This document shows positions 27,484 to 36,857 of a stretch of DNA of 49,545 bases, in pieces. The DNA is taken from the NCBI GenBank assembly GCA_040391725.1, contig JBEBXF010000001.1:1-49545 (forward strand), in the 5' to 3' direction. The translations under genes and the position numbers were made by a program. Source of the DNA: Eoetvoesiella caeni. GTDB taxonomy: Bacteria > Pseudomonadota > Gammaproteobacteria > Burkholderiales > Burkholderiaceae_B. The first letter of the stretch is position 1. The number at the start of each line of letters is the position of its first letter. The notes beneath the pieces were generated by a model. It did no database searches. It was not told the DNA's origin and saw only the letters and a list, made by a program, of their open reading frames with translations.

Positions 27484-28293
27484 ATGAATCACGATGAAAT
27501 CGAAGCGGCGGCCGCCGCGCTGCGCGAAGCGGCGCGCACGCGGCAATGCATCGCGCCGCTGCGCACCACCTACCCGTCATTGGCCATAGACTCGGCCTAC
27601 GCCATCCAGGCTCTCAACACGCAGCTGCGCCTCAAGGAAGAAGGCCGGCGCATCGTCGGCCGCAAGATCGGCCTGACCTCGCTGGCCGTCCAGAAGCAGT
27701 TGGGCGTGGATCAGCCCGATTTCGGCGTGCTGTTCGACGACATGGGCTACGGCGACCGCGAACCCATTCCCGCCTCGGCGCTGCTGCAGCCCAAGGTCGA
27801 AGCGGAAATCGCCTTCGTCATGGGCGCCGACCTGAACGTCGCCAATCCCGGCCAGCTCGACGTGCTCAACGCCATCGACTATGCCCTGCCCGCCATTGAA
27901 ATCGTGGGCAGCCGTATCGCCAACTGGGACATCCGCATCACCGACACCATTGCCGACAATGCGTCTTCAGGCGCCTTCGTGCTGGGCGGCACACCGCGCA
28001 AGCTGTCGGAGTTCGACCTGCACCTGTGCGGCATGGTCATGGAACATAACGGCGAGCCCGTCTCGGTGGGCGCCGGCGCGGCCTGCCTGGGCCATCCGCT
28101 GAATGCGGTCGTATGGCTGGCCCGCACCCTGGCCAGGCTCGATACCCCCTTGCGCAAGGGCGACCTGGTGCTGTCGGGCGCCCTGGGACCCATGGCGGCG
28201 GTCAAGCCTGGCGACGTCTTCGAGGCCCGCATCAATGGGCTGGGCTCGGTCGCGGCTGTTTTTGAACACGATACCAACGAGGCGCAATCATGA
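27484..28293 (+). CDS. 2-oxopent-4-enoate hydratase (DmpE/MhpD-like)
   Basis: [29 protein letters not shown] and DTIADNAS motifs. Confidence 0.88.
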   Translation: MNHDEIEAAAAALREAARTRQCIAPLRTTYPSLAIDSAYAIQALNTQLRLKEEGRRIVGRKIGLTSLAVQKQLGVDQPDFGVLFDDMGYGDREPIPASALLQPKVEAEIAFVMGADLNVANPGQLDVLNAIDYALPAIEIVGSRIANWDIRITDTIADNASSGAFVLGGTPRKLSEFDLHLCGMVMEHNGEPVSVGAGAACLGHPLNAVVWLARTLARLDTPLRKGDLVLSGALGPMAAVKPGDVFEARINGLGSVAAVFEHDTNEAQS

Positions 28294-29057
28294 AGGCCCT
28301 GAACGACTACGCCGTCCTGCTCGACGATGCCGCGCACCATGCCCGGGAAGTTGCCCAGTTCGACACCGAAAGCCGGCTGTCGCTGGATGACGCCTATGCC
28401 ATCCAGGCCGCCTCGATCCAGCGGCGCCTGGCGCGGGGCGAACGCCGCGTCGGCGTCAAGATGGGCTTCACCAGCCGCGCCAAGATGCTGCAGATGGGGC
28501 TTTCCGACGTTATCTGGGGCCGGCTGACCGACGCCATGCAAATCGAGGAAGGCACGTCCATCGACCTGTCGCACTATGTCCATCCGCGCGTCGAGCCCGA
28601 GCTGGCGTTCTTCCTGAAAAAGCCGCTGGCCGGCAAGGTGACCGGCCCCGAGGCGCTGGCCGCCGTCGAGGCCATCGCCCCCGCGCTGGAAATCATCGAC
28701 TCGCGCTACAAGGATTTCAAGTTCACCCTGCCCGAAGTCATTGCCGACAACGCCTCGTCCAGCAGTTTCGTCATCGGCGCCTGGCGCGATCCGGCCATCG
28801 ACTTCGGCAATCTGGGGCTTACCTTGAACATCGGCGGACGCGCCGTCCAGGTCGGTTCCACCGCCGCCCTGCTGGGCCATCCCCTGCGCTCGCTCATCGC
28901 CGCGGCACGCGTGGCGGCGCAGGCGGGCGAGCCGCTGCAGGCCGGCTGGATCGTCATGGCCGGCGGAGCCACCCCCGCCGAATGGATCAAGCCGGGGCAA
29001 TACATCTCCATCGACATGGAGCAACTGGGCCGGGCGGGTTTCCACACCCTGGACTGA
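28290..29057 (+). CDS. 4-oxalocrotonate decarboxylase (DmpH/XylI-like)
   Basis: [22 protein letters not shown] and [18 protein letters not shown] motifs. Confidence 0.88.
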   Translation: MKALNDYAVLLDDAAHHAREVAQFDTESRLSLDDAYAIQAASIQRRLARGERRVGVKMGFTSRAKMLQMGLSDVIWGRLTDAMQIEEGTSIDLSHYVHPRVEPELAFFLKKPLAGKVTGPEALAAVEAIAPALEIIDSRYKDFKFTLPEVIADNASSSSFVIGAWRDPAIDFGNLGLTLNIGGRAVQVGSTAALLGHPLRSLIAAARVAAQAGEPLQAGWIVMAGGATPAEWIKPGQYISIDMEQLGRAGFHTLD

Positions 29058-29104
29058 ACAGCCCGCGCACACGGAATCACCGCGACCCAATTCTGGAGCA
29101 TTCA

Positions 29105-30064
29105 ATGAACGACAAAGTAAAGGTAGCCATCATCGGCCCCGGCAATATCGGCACCGACCTCATGATCAAGGTCATGCGCAACAGCAAGCACCTGGAAATG
29201 GGCGCCATGGTGGGCGTCGACCCCGCCTCGGACGGCCTGGCGCGCGCGCAGCGGCTGGGCGTCGCAACCACGGCCGAAGGCCTGGACGGCCTGCTCAAGC
29301 TCGACGTCTTTCCGGACATCGACATTGTGTTCGATGCCACGTCGGCGGGCGCGCATGCCCGCCACAACCAGGTGCTGCAGGAGCACGGCGTCCAGGTCAT
29401 CGACCTGACCCCCGCCGCCATCGGCCCCTACGTCATCCCGGCCATCAACCTCGAGGCCGAAAACGCCAGCAATATGAATATGGTCACCTGCGGCGGGCAG
29501 GCCACCATTCCCATGGTGGCGGCCGTATCGCGCGTGGCCAAAGTGCACTACGCCGAAATCGTCGCCTCCATCTCCAGCAAGTCGGCCGGCCCCGGCACGC
29601 GCGCCAACATCGACGAATTCACCGAAACCACGCGCAGCGCCATCGAGAAGCTGGGCGGCGCCGAACGCGGCAAGGCCGTCATCATCCTCAATCCGGCCGA
29701 ACCTCCGCTCATCATGCGCGACACGGTCTTCGTGCTGTCCGAGCTGGCAGACCAGGCCAAGGTGGAAGAAAGCATAGAGAAAATGGTGGCCACCGTGCAG
29801 GCCTACGTTCCGGGCTACCGCCTGAAGCAGCAGGTTCAATTCGACGTCATCGATCCGGCCAAGCCTCTCAATGTGCCGGGCATAGGTCTGCGCCACGGGC
29901 TGAAAACCTCGATCTACCTGGAAGTCGAAGGCGCCGCCCACTATCTGCCCTCGTACGCCGGCAACCTCGACATCATGACTTCCGCCGCCCTGGCCTGCGG
30001 CGACCTGATGGCACGCCGACGCCAGGACTCCGGCCTTTCACGCACACGCAAGGAGGCCGTGTAA
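29105..30064 (+). CDS. dmpF: Acetaldehyde dehydrogenase (acylating)
   Basis: [27 protein letters not shown] and YAGNLDIMT motifs. Confidence 0.93.
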   Translation: MNDKVKVAIIGPGNIGTDLMIKVMRNSKHLEMGAMVGVDPASDGLARAQRLGVATTAEGLDGLLKLDVFPDIDIVFDATSAGAHARHNQVLQEHGVQVIDLTPAAIGPYVIPAINLEAENASNMNMVTCGGQATIPMVAAVSRVAKVHYAEIVASISSKSAGPGTRANIDEFTETTRSAIEKLGGAERGKAVIILNPAEPPLIMRDTVFVLSELADQAKVEESIEKMVATVQAYVPGYRLKQQVQFDVIDPAKPLNVPGIGLRHGLKTSIYLEVEGAAHYLPSYAGNLDIMTSAALACGDLMARRRQDSGLSRTRKEAV

Positions 30065-31107
30065 TGGCCGCGAACAAAAAACTCTATATCTCCGACGTCA
30101 CCCTGCGCGACGGCAGCCACGCCATCCGTCATCAATACAGCATCGCCAACGTCGAGGCCATCGCCACCGCGCTCGACCTGGCCGGCGTCGACAGCCTGGA
30201 AGTCGCCCATGGCGACGGGCTCGAAGGCTCGAGCTTCAATTACGGCTTCGGCGCGCACAGCGACGTGGAATGGATCGAGGCCGCCGCCGAATGCGTCAAG
30301 CAGGCGAAAATCGCCACCCTGCTGCTGCCCGGCATCGGCACCACGCACGACCTGCGCCGCGCCTACGACGCGGGCGCGCGCGTCGTGCGGGTTGCCACGC
30401 ACTGCACCGAAGCGGACGTCTCGCGCCAGCATCTCGAATATGCCCGCGAACTGGGCATGGACCCGGTGGGCTTCCTGATGATGAGCCACATGACCACGCC
30501 CGCCAACCTCGCCAGACAGGCCAAGCTCATGGAAGACTACGGCGCCACCTGCGTATACGTGGTCGATTCGGGCGGCGCGCTGGGCATGAACGACGTGCGC
30601 GACCGCTTCCGCGCCTTCAAGGACGTACTCAAGCCCGAAACCCAGACCGGCATGCACGCCCACCACAACCTGAGCCTGGGCGTGGCCAACTCCATCGTGG
30701 CCGTCGAGGAAGGCTGCGACCGCATCGACGCCAGCCTGGCCGGCATGGGCGCCGGCGCCGGCAATGCACCGCTGGAAGTCTTCATTGCCGCGGCCGAACG
30801 CCTGGGCTGGAACCATGGCTGCGATCTTTACAAACTCATGGACGCCGCCGACGACCTGGTGCGCCCGCTGCAGGACAGGCCGGTGCGGGTCGATCGCGAA
30901 ACCCTGGCCCTGGGCTATGCCGGCGTGTACTCCAGCTTCTTGCGCCACGCCGAAGTCGCCGCCGCCAAATACGGCCTGAAAACCGTCGACATCCTGGTGG
31001 AACTGGGCCGGCGCAAGATGGTGGGCGGCCAGGAAGACATGATCGTCGACGTCGCGCTCGACCTGCTTGCCGCCCAACCTCCCGCAACCCAATTGAAAAC
31101 CGCATAA
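30064..31107 (+). CDS. dmpG: 4-hydroxy-2-oxovalerate aldolase
   Basis: [27 protein letters not shown] and GGQEDMI motifs. Confidence 0.93.
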   Translation: MAANKKLYISDVTLRDGSHAIRHQYSIANVEAIATALDLAGVDSLEVAHGDGLEGSSFNYGFGAHSDVEWIEAAAECVKQAKIATLLLPGIGTTHDLRRAYDAGARVVRVATHCTEADVSRQHLEYARELGMDPVGFLMMSHMTTPANLARQAKLMEDYGATCVYVVDSGGALGMNDVRDRFRAFKDVLKPETQTGMHAHHNLSLGVANSIVAVEEGCDRIDASLAGMGAGAGNAPLEVFIAAAERLGWNHGCDLYKLMDAADDLVRPLQDRPVRVDRETLALGYAGVYSSFLRHAEVAAAKYGLKTVDILVELGRRKMVGGQEDMIVDVALDLLAAQPPATQLKTA

Positions 31108-31202
31108 GGAGAGCCGCCTGCCATTCAACTTTCTTTGCGACATGCTCACGGTCGATCCATCGACCATTGCAACCTAAAAATAATCGTTCCCTGGAGAAGA
31201 CA

Positions 31203-32378
31203 TTGAAAAAAGCATTACTGACGGCATTGGCCACCGCGTGCCTGGCCACGACAACCATGGCGAGCCATGCCGCCGAACCGTTCAAGATCGGCCTGATCAT
31301 CCCCATGACAGGCCCCTTCGCCTCGACCGGCAAGCAGGTCGAAGCCGGCGCCCGGCTGTACATGCAGCAGAACGGCGACAACGTGGACGGCCGCCAGATA
31401 CAGCTCATCGTCAAGGACGATGGTGGCATCCAGCCTGAAACCACCAAGCGCCTGGCTCAAGAGCTCGTCGTGCAGGAAAAGGTCAATGTGATCGCCGGCT
31501 TCGGCCTGACGCCGCTCGCCTTCGCCGCGGCGCCCATCGCCACGCAATCCAAGACGCCCATGATCGTCATGGCGGCCGGCACGTCGTCCATCATGCAGAA
31601 GTCGCCGTACATCGTCCGCACGTCCATGACACTGCCCCAGACCACCGCGCCCCTGGCCGACTGGGCCGCCAAGAACCCCAACTCCCACATCAAGTCGGTC
31701 GTGACGCTGGTGTCCGACTTCGGCCCGGGCCACGATGCCGAGAAGGTCTTCACCAAGCGCTTTACGGAAGGCGGCGGCAAGATCCTGGGCAATCTGCGCA
31801 TCCCGCAGCAGAACCCCGACTTCTCGCCGTTTCTGCAGCGCGTCAAAGACCTGAAGCCCGATGCCGTCTTCGTCTTCGTTCCCTCGGGCCAGGGCAGCAC
31901 GCTGATGAAGCAGTTCGCGCAGCGCGGGCTGGCCGCCGCGGGCATCAAGCTGATCGCCACAGGCGACGTGCTGGACGACGACCTGCTGCCCAGCATGGGC
32001 GACGAGGTGCTGGGCAGCATCACCTCCCAGCATTACTCGGCCGCCCACGACTCGCCTGAGAACAAGGCTTATGTCGCCGCACTCAGGAAGCTCACCAACA
32101 ACAGCATGCGCCCCAACTTCATGTCGGTGGGCGGCTACGACGGCATGCATCTGATCTATGCGGCGCTGAAAAAAGCCGGCCCCAATGCCACGGGCGACCA
32201 GCTTCTGGCCGCCATGAAGGGCGCCAGTTGGATGAGCCCGCGCGGCCCGGTCAGCATCGATCCTGAAACCCGCGACATCATCCAGAACGTGTATATCCGC
32301 AAAGCCGAAAGGGTCAACGGCGAAATCTACAACGTGGAATTCGACAAGATCGAGCACTTCAAGGATCCAGGCGTCTAA
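31203..32378 (+). CDS. Periplasmic substrate-binding protein (branched-chain/aromatic-acid type)
   Basis: TTG start after GGAGAAG; signal peptide; FKIGLIIPMTGPFA and SPRGP motifs. Confidence 0.88.
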   Translation: MKKALLTALATACLATTTMASHAAEPFKIGLIIPMTGPFASTGKQVEAGARLYMQQNGDNVDGRQIQLIVKDDGGIQPETTKRLAQELVVQEKVNVIAGFGLTPLAFAAAPIATQSKTPMIVMAAGTSSIMQKSPYIVRTSMTLPQTTAPLADWAAKNPNSHIKSVVTLVSDFGPGHDAEKVFTKRFTEGGGKILGNLRIPQQNPDFSPFLQRVKDLKPDAVFVFVPSGQGSTLMKQFAQRGLAAAGIKLIATGDVLDDDLLPSMGDEVLGSITSQHYSAAHDSPENKAYVAALRKLTNNSMRPNFMSVGGYDGMHLIYAALKKAGPNATGDQLLAAMKGASWMSPRGPVSIDPETRDIIQNVYIRKAERVNGEIYNVEFDKIEHFKDPGV

Positions 32379-32404
32379 ACCTGCTTCCCATCGCGTCCCG
32401 CCGG

Positions 32405-33094
32405 CTATTTATTGCCTTTGCGGGACGCGCCGAGCGCCGCCTGCGGCAGGGCGCGCCGGCCGGTCACATGCACGACGTCATCGTCAGGCGCCGCGCCTTC
32501 GGCATTCACGAAGCCGCGCAAAAGGCGCAGGAATGGCTCCTGCTCGTCCGGCGCAAGGCGGGCAAGCAACTGGTTCTTCATGTTCTGGATGCCGCTTTGC
32601 ATGCCTTGCAGCACCTCTTTGCCAGTACGGGTCAGGGACAAACGCCGCTGACGGCGTTTTTCTATATAAAGCTCGCGCACGATCAGGCCCTTGGCCTCGA
32701 GCCGAACCGCGGTTTCGGCCGTGGTCGAGTTGTCCAGAGCCACCAGTTTGGCCAGCGTTACCTGGTCGATACCGGGGTTTTCATCCAGCGCCACCAGCAA
32801 GGCGTATTGCAGCGGCGTCAGGCTGTCGCGGCCGACATTGTCGTAGAACGACGCCACCACGATCTGCTGGGCGCGGCGCAGCAAATGCCCCGGATGGTCA
32901 TTCAATTCATGGGGGATCCGCTGCGCGGCGGCTTCGGGCGCCCCCGCGTCCGACTGGCCGGTCGTTCCCGGCGCCATCGGCAGCCCCCGGCGGCTCTTGG
33001 ACTGCTTGCCTGCCTCACCGGTTGCCTTGCCCTTGCCCGCGCCGCCGCGACTGTCTTCTTTTGCTGTATTCCTGGATCGGGCGGTCATGGGCAT
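32405..33094 (-). CDS. MarR family regulator (PcaV/MobR-like) with an N-terminal extension
   Basis: PGHLLRRAQQ, LTPLQYA and IDQ.TLA..VALD.ST....RLE.KGL motifs; start uncertain. Confidence 0.85.
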   Translation of the reverse strand: MPMTARSRNTAKEDSRGGAGKGKATGEAGKQSKSRRGLPMAPGTTGQSDAGAPEAAAQRIPHELNDHPGHLLRRAQQIVVASFYDNVGRDSLTPLQYALLVALDENPGIDQVTLAKLVALDNSTTAETAVRLEAKGLIVRELYIEKRRQRRLSLTRTGKEVLQGMQSGIQNMKNQLLARLAPDEQEPFLRLLRGFVNAEGAAPDDDVVHVTGRRALPQAALGASRKGNK

Positions 33095-33125
33095 AGGACG
33101 GCTTGCTTGTGAAATGACGAGGTTG

Positions 33126-34160
33126 CTATGACATGGCGGGAGCGCGCTCGCGCTGTTCATCAGCCACCATGGCCTGCAGCACGCGCCGCCCGCGTATGGG
33201 GCCGCTATCGACGGTAATGGCGGTCTGGACGGGATTATCGCATTCATCGGGGGTCAGCGCCGACTGCTGCAGTTCGACCACCACCTTGTCCTCGTTGTGC
33301 GTGGCGCCCACGGCTTCCTGGATATAGCGTGTCAGGAATTCGTCGTCCTGGCGGAAATTGCGCACGAAGGCCCAGAAATAATGCGTGGAACTCGCGGTTT
33401 CGGGCGTGGCCAGATGCATGACGCAGCCCGTGATCTCGCCCAGGCCGTCGCCCTCGTGCAGCGCCCGGCAGCCGACCTCGATCACGCAGATCGACGGCGC
33501 ATGGTAATTGACCGTATGCCAGCGATGGATGGGCTTGGTGTATTTGCCCAGGTAGGTGTAGAACGGCGGCGCCATGGCGCCCACGACGTCCCGATGCACG
33601 CGAACGACACTGCCCTGCTGGGACACTTCGATGGGCGACTCGGCCACCGCCGCATTGCCGATGGTGCGGCCATGCACAAAGGCCACATGCGAAAGATCGA
33701 GCAGGTTGTCGTTGAGCAGGCGGTAGTCGGCCTGCAAATGGCAATAACCCTGGCTGGGGATCCACTCGGGGTTATCCAGCCGGCTCATGTCCGGCACAAG
33801 AGCGGGATCGGCCTGCTCGGGATCGCCCATCCATATCCATAACAGCCGGTCGCGCTCGATAACGGGAAACGACCGGACACAGGCGGAAGCGGGGATTTTT
33901 TCCTGGCCCGGGATGCGCGTGCACTGCCCTTGCCCATTGAACGCCATGCCGTGGTACCCGCAAACGACCTGGTCGTTTTCCACGTAGCCGAAGGAAAGCG
34001 GCAGCCGCCGGTGGGCGCAGCGGTCTTCCAGCGCGGCGACGGTATCGTCGCCGCGGCGATACAGCACAACGGCTTTTCCCAGGAATTTGCGGGCCAGCAG
34101 CCCGCCTTGGACTTCGGAAGAAAAAGCCGCCACATACCAAGCATTTTCAGGCCACATCAT
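33126..34160 (-). CDS. Rieske non-heme iron oxygenase (VanA/TsaM/DdmC-like monooxygenase or O-demethylase)
   Basis: CAH...CGYHG Rieske motif; DNLLDLSHVAFVH and NED mononuclear Fe ligands. Confidence 0.9.
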   Translation of the reverse strand: MMWPENAWYVAAFSSEVQGGLLARKFLGKAVVLYRRGDDTVAALEDRCAHRRLPLSFGYVENDQVVCGYHGMAFNGQGQCTRIPGQEKIPASACVRSFPVIERDRLLWIWMGDPEQADPALVPDMSRLDNPEWIPSQGYCHLQADYRLLNDNLLDLSHVAFVHGRTIGNAAVAESPIEVSQQGSVVRVHRDVVGAMAPPFYTYLGKYTKPIHRWHTVNYHAPSICVIEVGCRALHEGDGLGEITGCVMHLATPETASSTHYFWAFVRNFRQDDEFLTRYIQEAVGATHNEDKVVVELQQSALTPDECDNPVQTAITVDSGPIRGRRVLQAMVADEQRERAPAMS

Positions 34161-34194
34161 TCATTCTCCAGAGTGTGATTATTAATGGCGAATA

Positions 34195-34216
34195 TCCATT
34201 ACGTATACTTAATGGA
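34195..34216. promoter_or_regulatory. Putative MarR operator palindrome
   Basis: TCCATTA-c-GTATAC-t-TAATGGA upstream of the Rieske gene. Confidence 0.7.
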
Positions 34217-34465
34217 AAGTGTAGACAAGGGCGGGCATTCGGGCAAGCCCGACCGCCCCCGCGTTTACCCTTACGAAACCCGCGGGCTGGTCGCCGCATC
34301 GCCCGCTTGCCACGCGGCTCGGCCGGAAAAGAGTGGAAAATTTACGTGGCGTTCATGTGCCGAATGCGGGATGATGTGGTTGCGCAAGGATGCGCGATAC
34401 GGCACAAAGGCGCGGGCAGATGCGGGCGAATGCGCGCGGCGCGCCCAGGCTCAAGGAAACCCGCT

Positions 34466-34693
34466 ATGGAAATGACACCCATCTACACGCCGCAATCGCA
34501 AAGCGAAGCAACGGTGATTGCGGCGCTCATGGATGCGCACGATATCCGGTATGTCATGCAGGGACAGGCTTTCGGGTCGATGTATCCAGGCCCGCTGTCG
34601 GTCAGCCTGAACGAAAGCATATTGCTGGTGGCCCATGAAGATGCCGAGCTGGCGCGTGAACTGCTGGAACCCTTCATGCGTGACGGCGTCTAG
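34466..34693 (+). CDS. DUF2007-like small protein
   Basis: AAGGA RBS; EA.VI..LM.AH.I...LLV..EDAELARELL pattern. Confidence 0.7.
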   Translation: MEMTPIYTPQSQSEATVIAALMDAHDIRYVMQGQAFGSMYPGPLSVSLNESILLVAHEDAELARELLEPFMRDGV

Positions 34694-34711
34694 CCCTGAC
34701 CGGCGACCCTG

Positions 34712-35038
34712 CTAGAAGGCGTCGACCTTCCATTCGTAATCGACGGCCACTTCGCCCAGAATGCGCAGGCGTTCGTCGGCGCCCTTTTCCAGCGCTTCCT
34801 GCAGCCGCTTGTTGAAGCCTTCCAATGTAGACTTGGCGCGATCCGCGAAGTCGGGATCGACGGCCTGGTCTTCGTACTTGATGACGTAGGTCTGCGCCGC
34901 CACGCCCACCACGAAATACAGGCCGGCGTTTTGCGGATCGGACTTCATGAGGTTGAACGCTTCTTTGTAGAAGACCTTGAATGAGTCGCTCCCCGACTCT
35001 GAACGCTCAAAACGTTGCGCGATTTCTTTAAACGTCAT
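34712..35038 (-). CDS. Hypothetical alpha-helical protein
   Basis: 108 aa with host-like codon usage and normal composition; no family recognised. Confidence 0.7.
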   Translation of the reverse strand: MTFKEIAQRFERSESGSDSFKVFYKEAFNLMKSDPQNAGLYFVVGVAAQTYVIKYEDQAVDPDFADRAKSTLEGFNKRLQEALEKGADERLRILGEVAVDYEWKVDAF

Positions 35039-35219
35039 TTCGTGACAGCTCCACATCAAAACAGGATCGGAATGCCGGCAGGATCACCCACTTGGGGCCT
35101 GGCTGGCGCAAACGCCGGACGGCATCGAAAAACCAAAAAAATTACAGTAACACAAGCGGCCGGCGCCACCAAACACGCGGCCGCCGCCCGGCAACAGCCC
35201 GGCCGGACGCGCGGCGGAA

Positions 35220-36122
35220 TCAAAGCCTGGCCAGCAGTTGACGCAGGTGGGCGGCGCCCGTCTTGCCTTTGTACGCTCCTTTCCAAAGCCTGGAAATCAT
35301 TCCCTCGTACACTTTCAGCGCCTCGGGCGCCGCGGTGATCGTGGCGATGCCATTGCGCACATTGGGCAACGCCCCCATGTGAAAAGGGCTGACCGCCAAT
35401 ATCTTGTGCTTCGCTCCGACGAAGATCTGGTAGGTCGAGGACGGCATGGAATCGTCGACCAGGCCGATCTGCACGTTCAAAGGCTCGCTTTCCATGAGGT
35501 CGGCCATGCGGCTCACCTCGTGGCGCGCGGCTTTGCGGCGTTCGGTGCGTACGCTCGCAGGCAGGTTGGTGCGCCCCACCAGGCCGATTTGCATGAAATG
35601 CTCGAGCTCTTGCAGACCGATCAGGCTCAGTACGTGGGGATGGCGTTCTTCGAATGAATGCTTGCGCTCGATGATGAGCCGGATGACCTCATCGACCTCT
35701 TTGGACTTGAGCACCCCGCCGACCTGGGCCGGCGTGGCTTCAAGCAGCATGGTGCGCAGATGCTCCAGATAGCTGTCGGACGTGAGCAGCAGGGAGATGG
35801 GCTCGAAATGCGCGAAAATACGCTCCGATGCCCGCTCGATTTGATGCATGCGCTCGAAAAAGCCCCAGGCGTTGGCGTAGTATTCGACCTCGACGCCCAG
35901 CAGCGAGGCAATGGAGGTGCCCAGCAAATGGGCCAGCCGCTCGAGCATTTCGATCTTGACGATCTCGCCCTTTTCCATGCGATAGACCGCCGCGCGCGAA
36001 ACGCCAAGGCGCTCGGCGACGTCTTCGGCCTGCAGCGACGCGCCGATGCGGTAGGCGCGCAGGCGGTCGCCCAAAGACACATAGTCCACCGACGACTTGA
36101 ATCTTTTGATACTGGCGTCCAT
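35220..36122 (-). CDS. XRE family HTH regulator with a large C-terminal domain
   Basis: LGDRLRAYR...VAERLGVSRAAVYRMEKG HTH. Confidence 0.88.
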   Translation of the reverse strand: MDASIKRFKSSVDYVSLGDRLRAYRIGASLQAEDVAERLGVSRAAVYRMEKGEIVKIEMLERLAHLLGTSIASLLGVEVEYYANAWGFFERMHQIERASERIFAHFEPISLLLTSDSYLEHLRTMLLEATPAQVGGVLKSKEVDEVIRLIIERKHSFEERHPHVLSLIGLQELEHFMQIGLVGRTNLPASVRTERRKAARHEVSRMADLMESEPLNVQIGLVDDSMPSSTYQIFVGAKHKILAVSPFHMGALPNVRNGIATITAAPEALKVYEGMISRLWKGAYKGKTGAAHLRQLLARL

Positions 36123-36171
36123 TTTCCCTTACCACCCTTCTTTCTTGTTTGACCGCACAGGCGCCAGGCCG

Positions 36172-36855
36172 CTATTTATCGTAATGGTATGCCGTGATGC
36201 CGCCATGGGCTTGCGACCAGCCGGCCGGATCATCCAGGAATTCGGACAATTCCTTCAGTGCCGCGCCATCCAGGCGGCCCTGCTCGCGCGCCACGGCAAG
36301 CACGTCGCGCCAGGTGGCCAGCGCATGCACGCGCAGCTTCAAGGCGTCCAGAATATGGCGGTTGGGAAATGCCGCATAATCGAAAACCACGAATAAATCT
36401 TCCACGATCGCGCCGGCGGCGGCAAGCGCCTTGCAGAACGCCACCTTGGACTGGCCCGCGGCCATCAGGTCGTCCACCATCAGCACCTTGTCGCCCGGCT
36501 TGACCACACCCACGATGCGGGTCTGCCCCGCCTGCTTCTTGCGCACGTACTCCAGCGGCAGATCGAGCGCCTCGGCCATCCAGGCCGCCAGCGCAATACC
36601 GCTGGCCTCGCCGCCTGCCACCGAAACCACGCCCTGCAGGGCGCCCTGCTCTCGCAGCAGGCGCAGGCCTCGGGAAACCAGGTCGCGGCGCACCGCGGGA
36701 AAGGAAATGAGGCGGCGGCAATCCATATACACGGGACTGGCCCATCCGGACGGCAGCCGGAAGGGTTCGTCCCGGCGCGCCATGACGCAACCGGTATCGA
36801 ACAGCGCCGCGGCAACCGCGCGGCCGCATTCACTCGGCGAGTAGGCGTCTGTCAT
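36172..36855 (-). CDS. pyrE: Orotate phosphoribosyltransferase-like protein with divergent active-site loops
   Basis: F.LPSGWASPVYMDCR, AGGE..GI and YVRK motifs; PRPP loop reads VDDLMAAGQS. Confidence 0.8.
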   Translation of the reverse strand: MTDAYSPSECGRAVAAALFDTGCVMARRDEPFRLPSGWASPVYMDCRRLISFPAVRRDLVSRGLRLLREQGALQGVVSVAGGEASGIALAAWMAEALDLPLEYVRKKQAGQTRIVGVVKPGDKVLMVDDLMAAGQSKVAFCKALAAAGAIVEDLFVVFDYAAFPNRHILDALKLRVHALATWRDVLAVAREQGRLDGAALKELSEFLDDPAGWSQAHGGITAYHYDK

Positions 36856-36857
36856 GA

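Noticed and set aside
30270-31202. Apparent 702-aa ORF with a long N-terminal extension on the SBP
   Set aside because: The extension is an Arg-rich alternate frame of dmpG; the real start is TTG 31203, with an RBS and signal peptide. The same applies to the extensions on ORFs 8907-10985, 13147-14634, 13860-15197 and 39675-40859.
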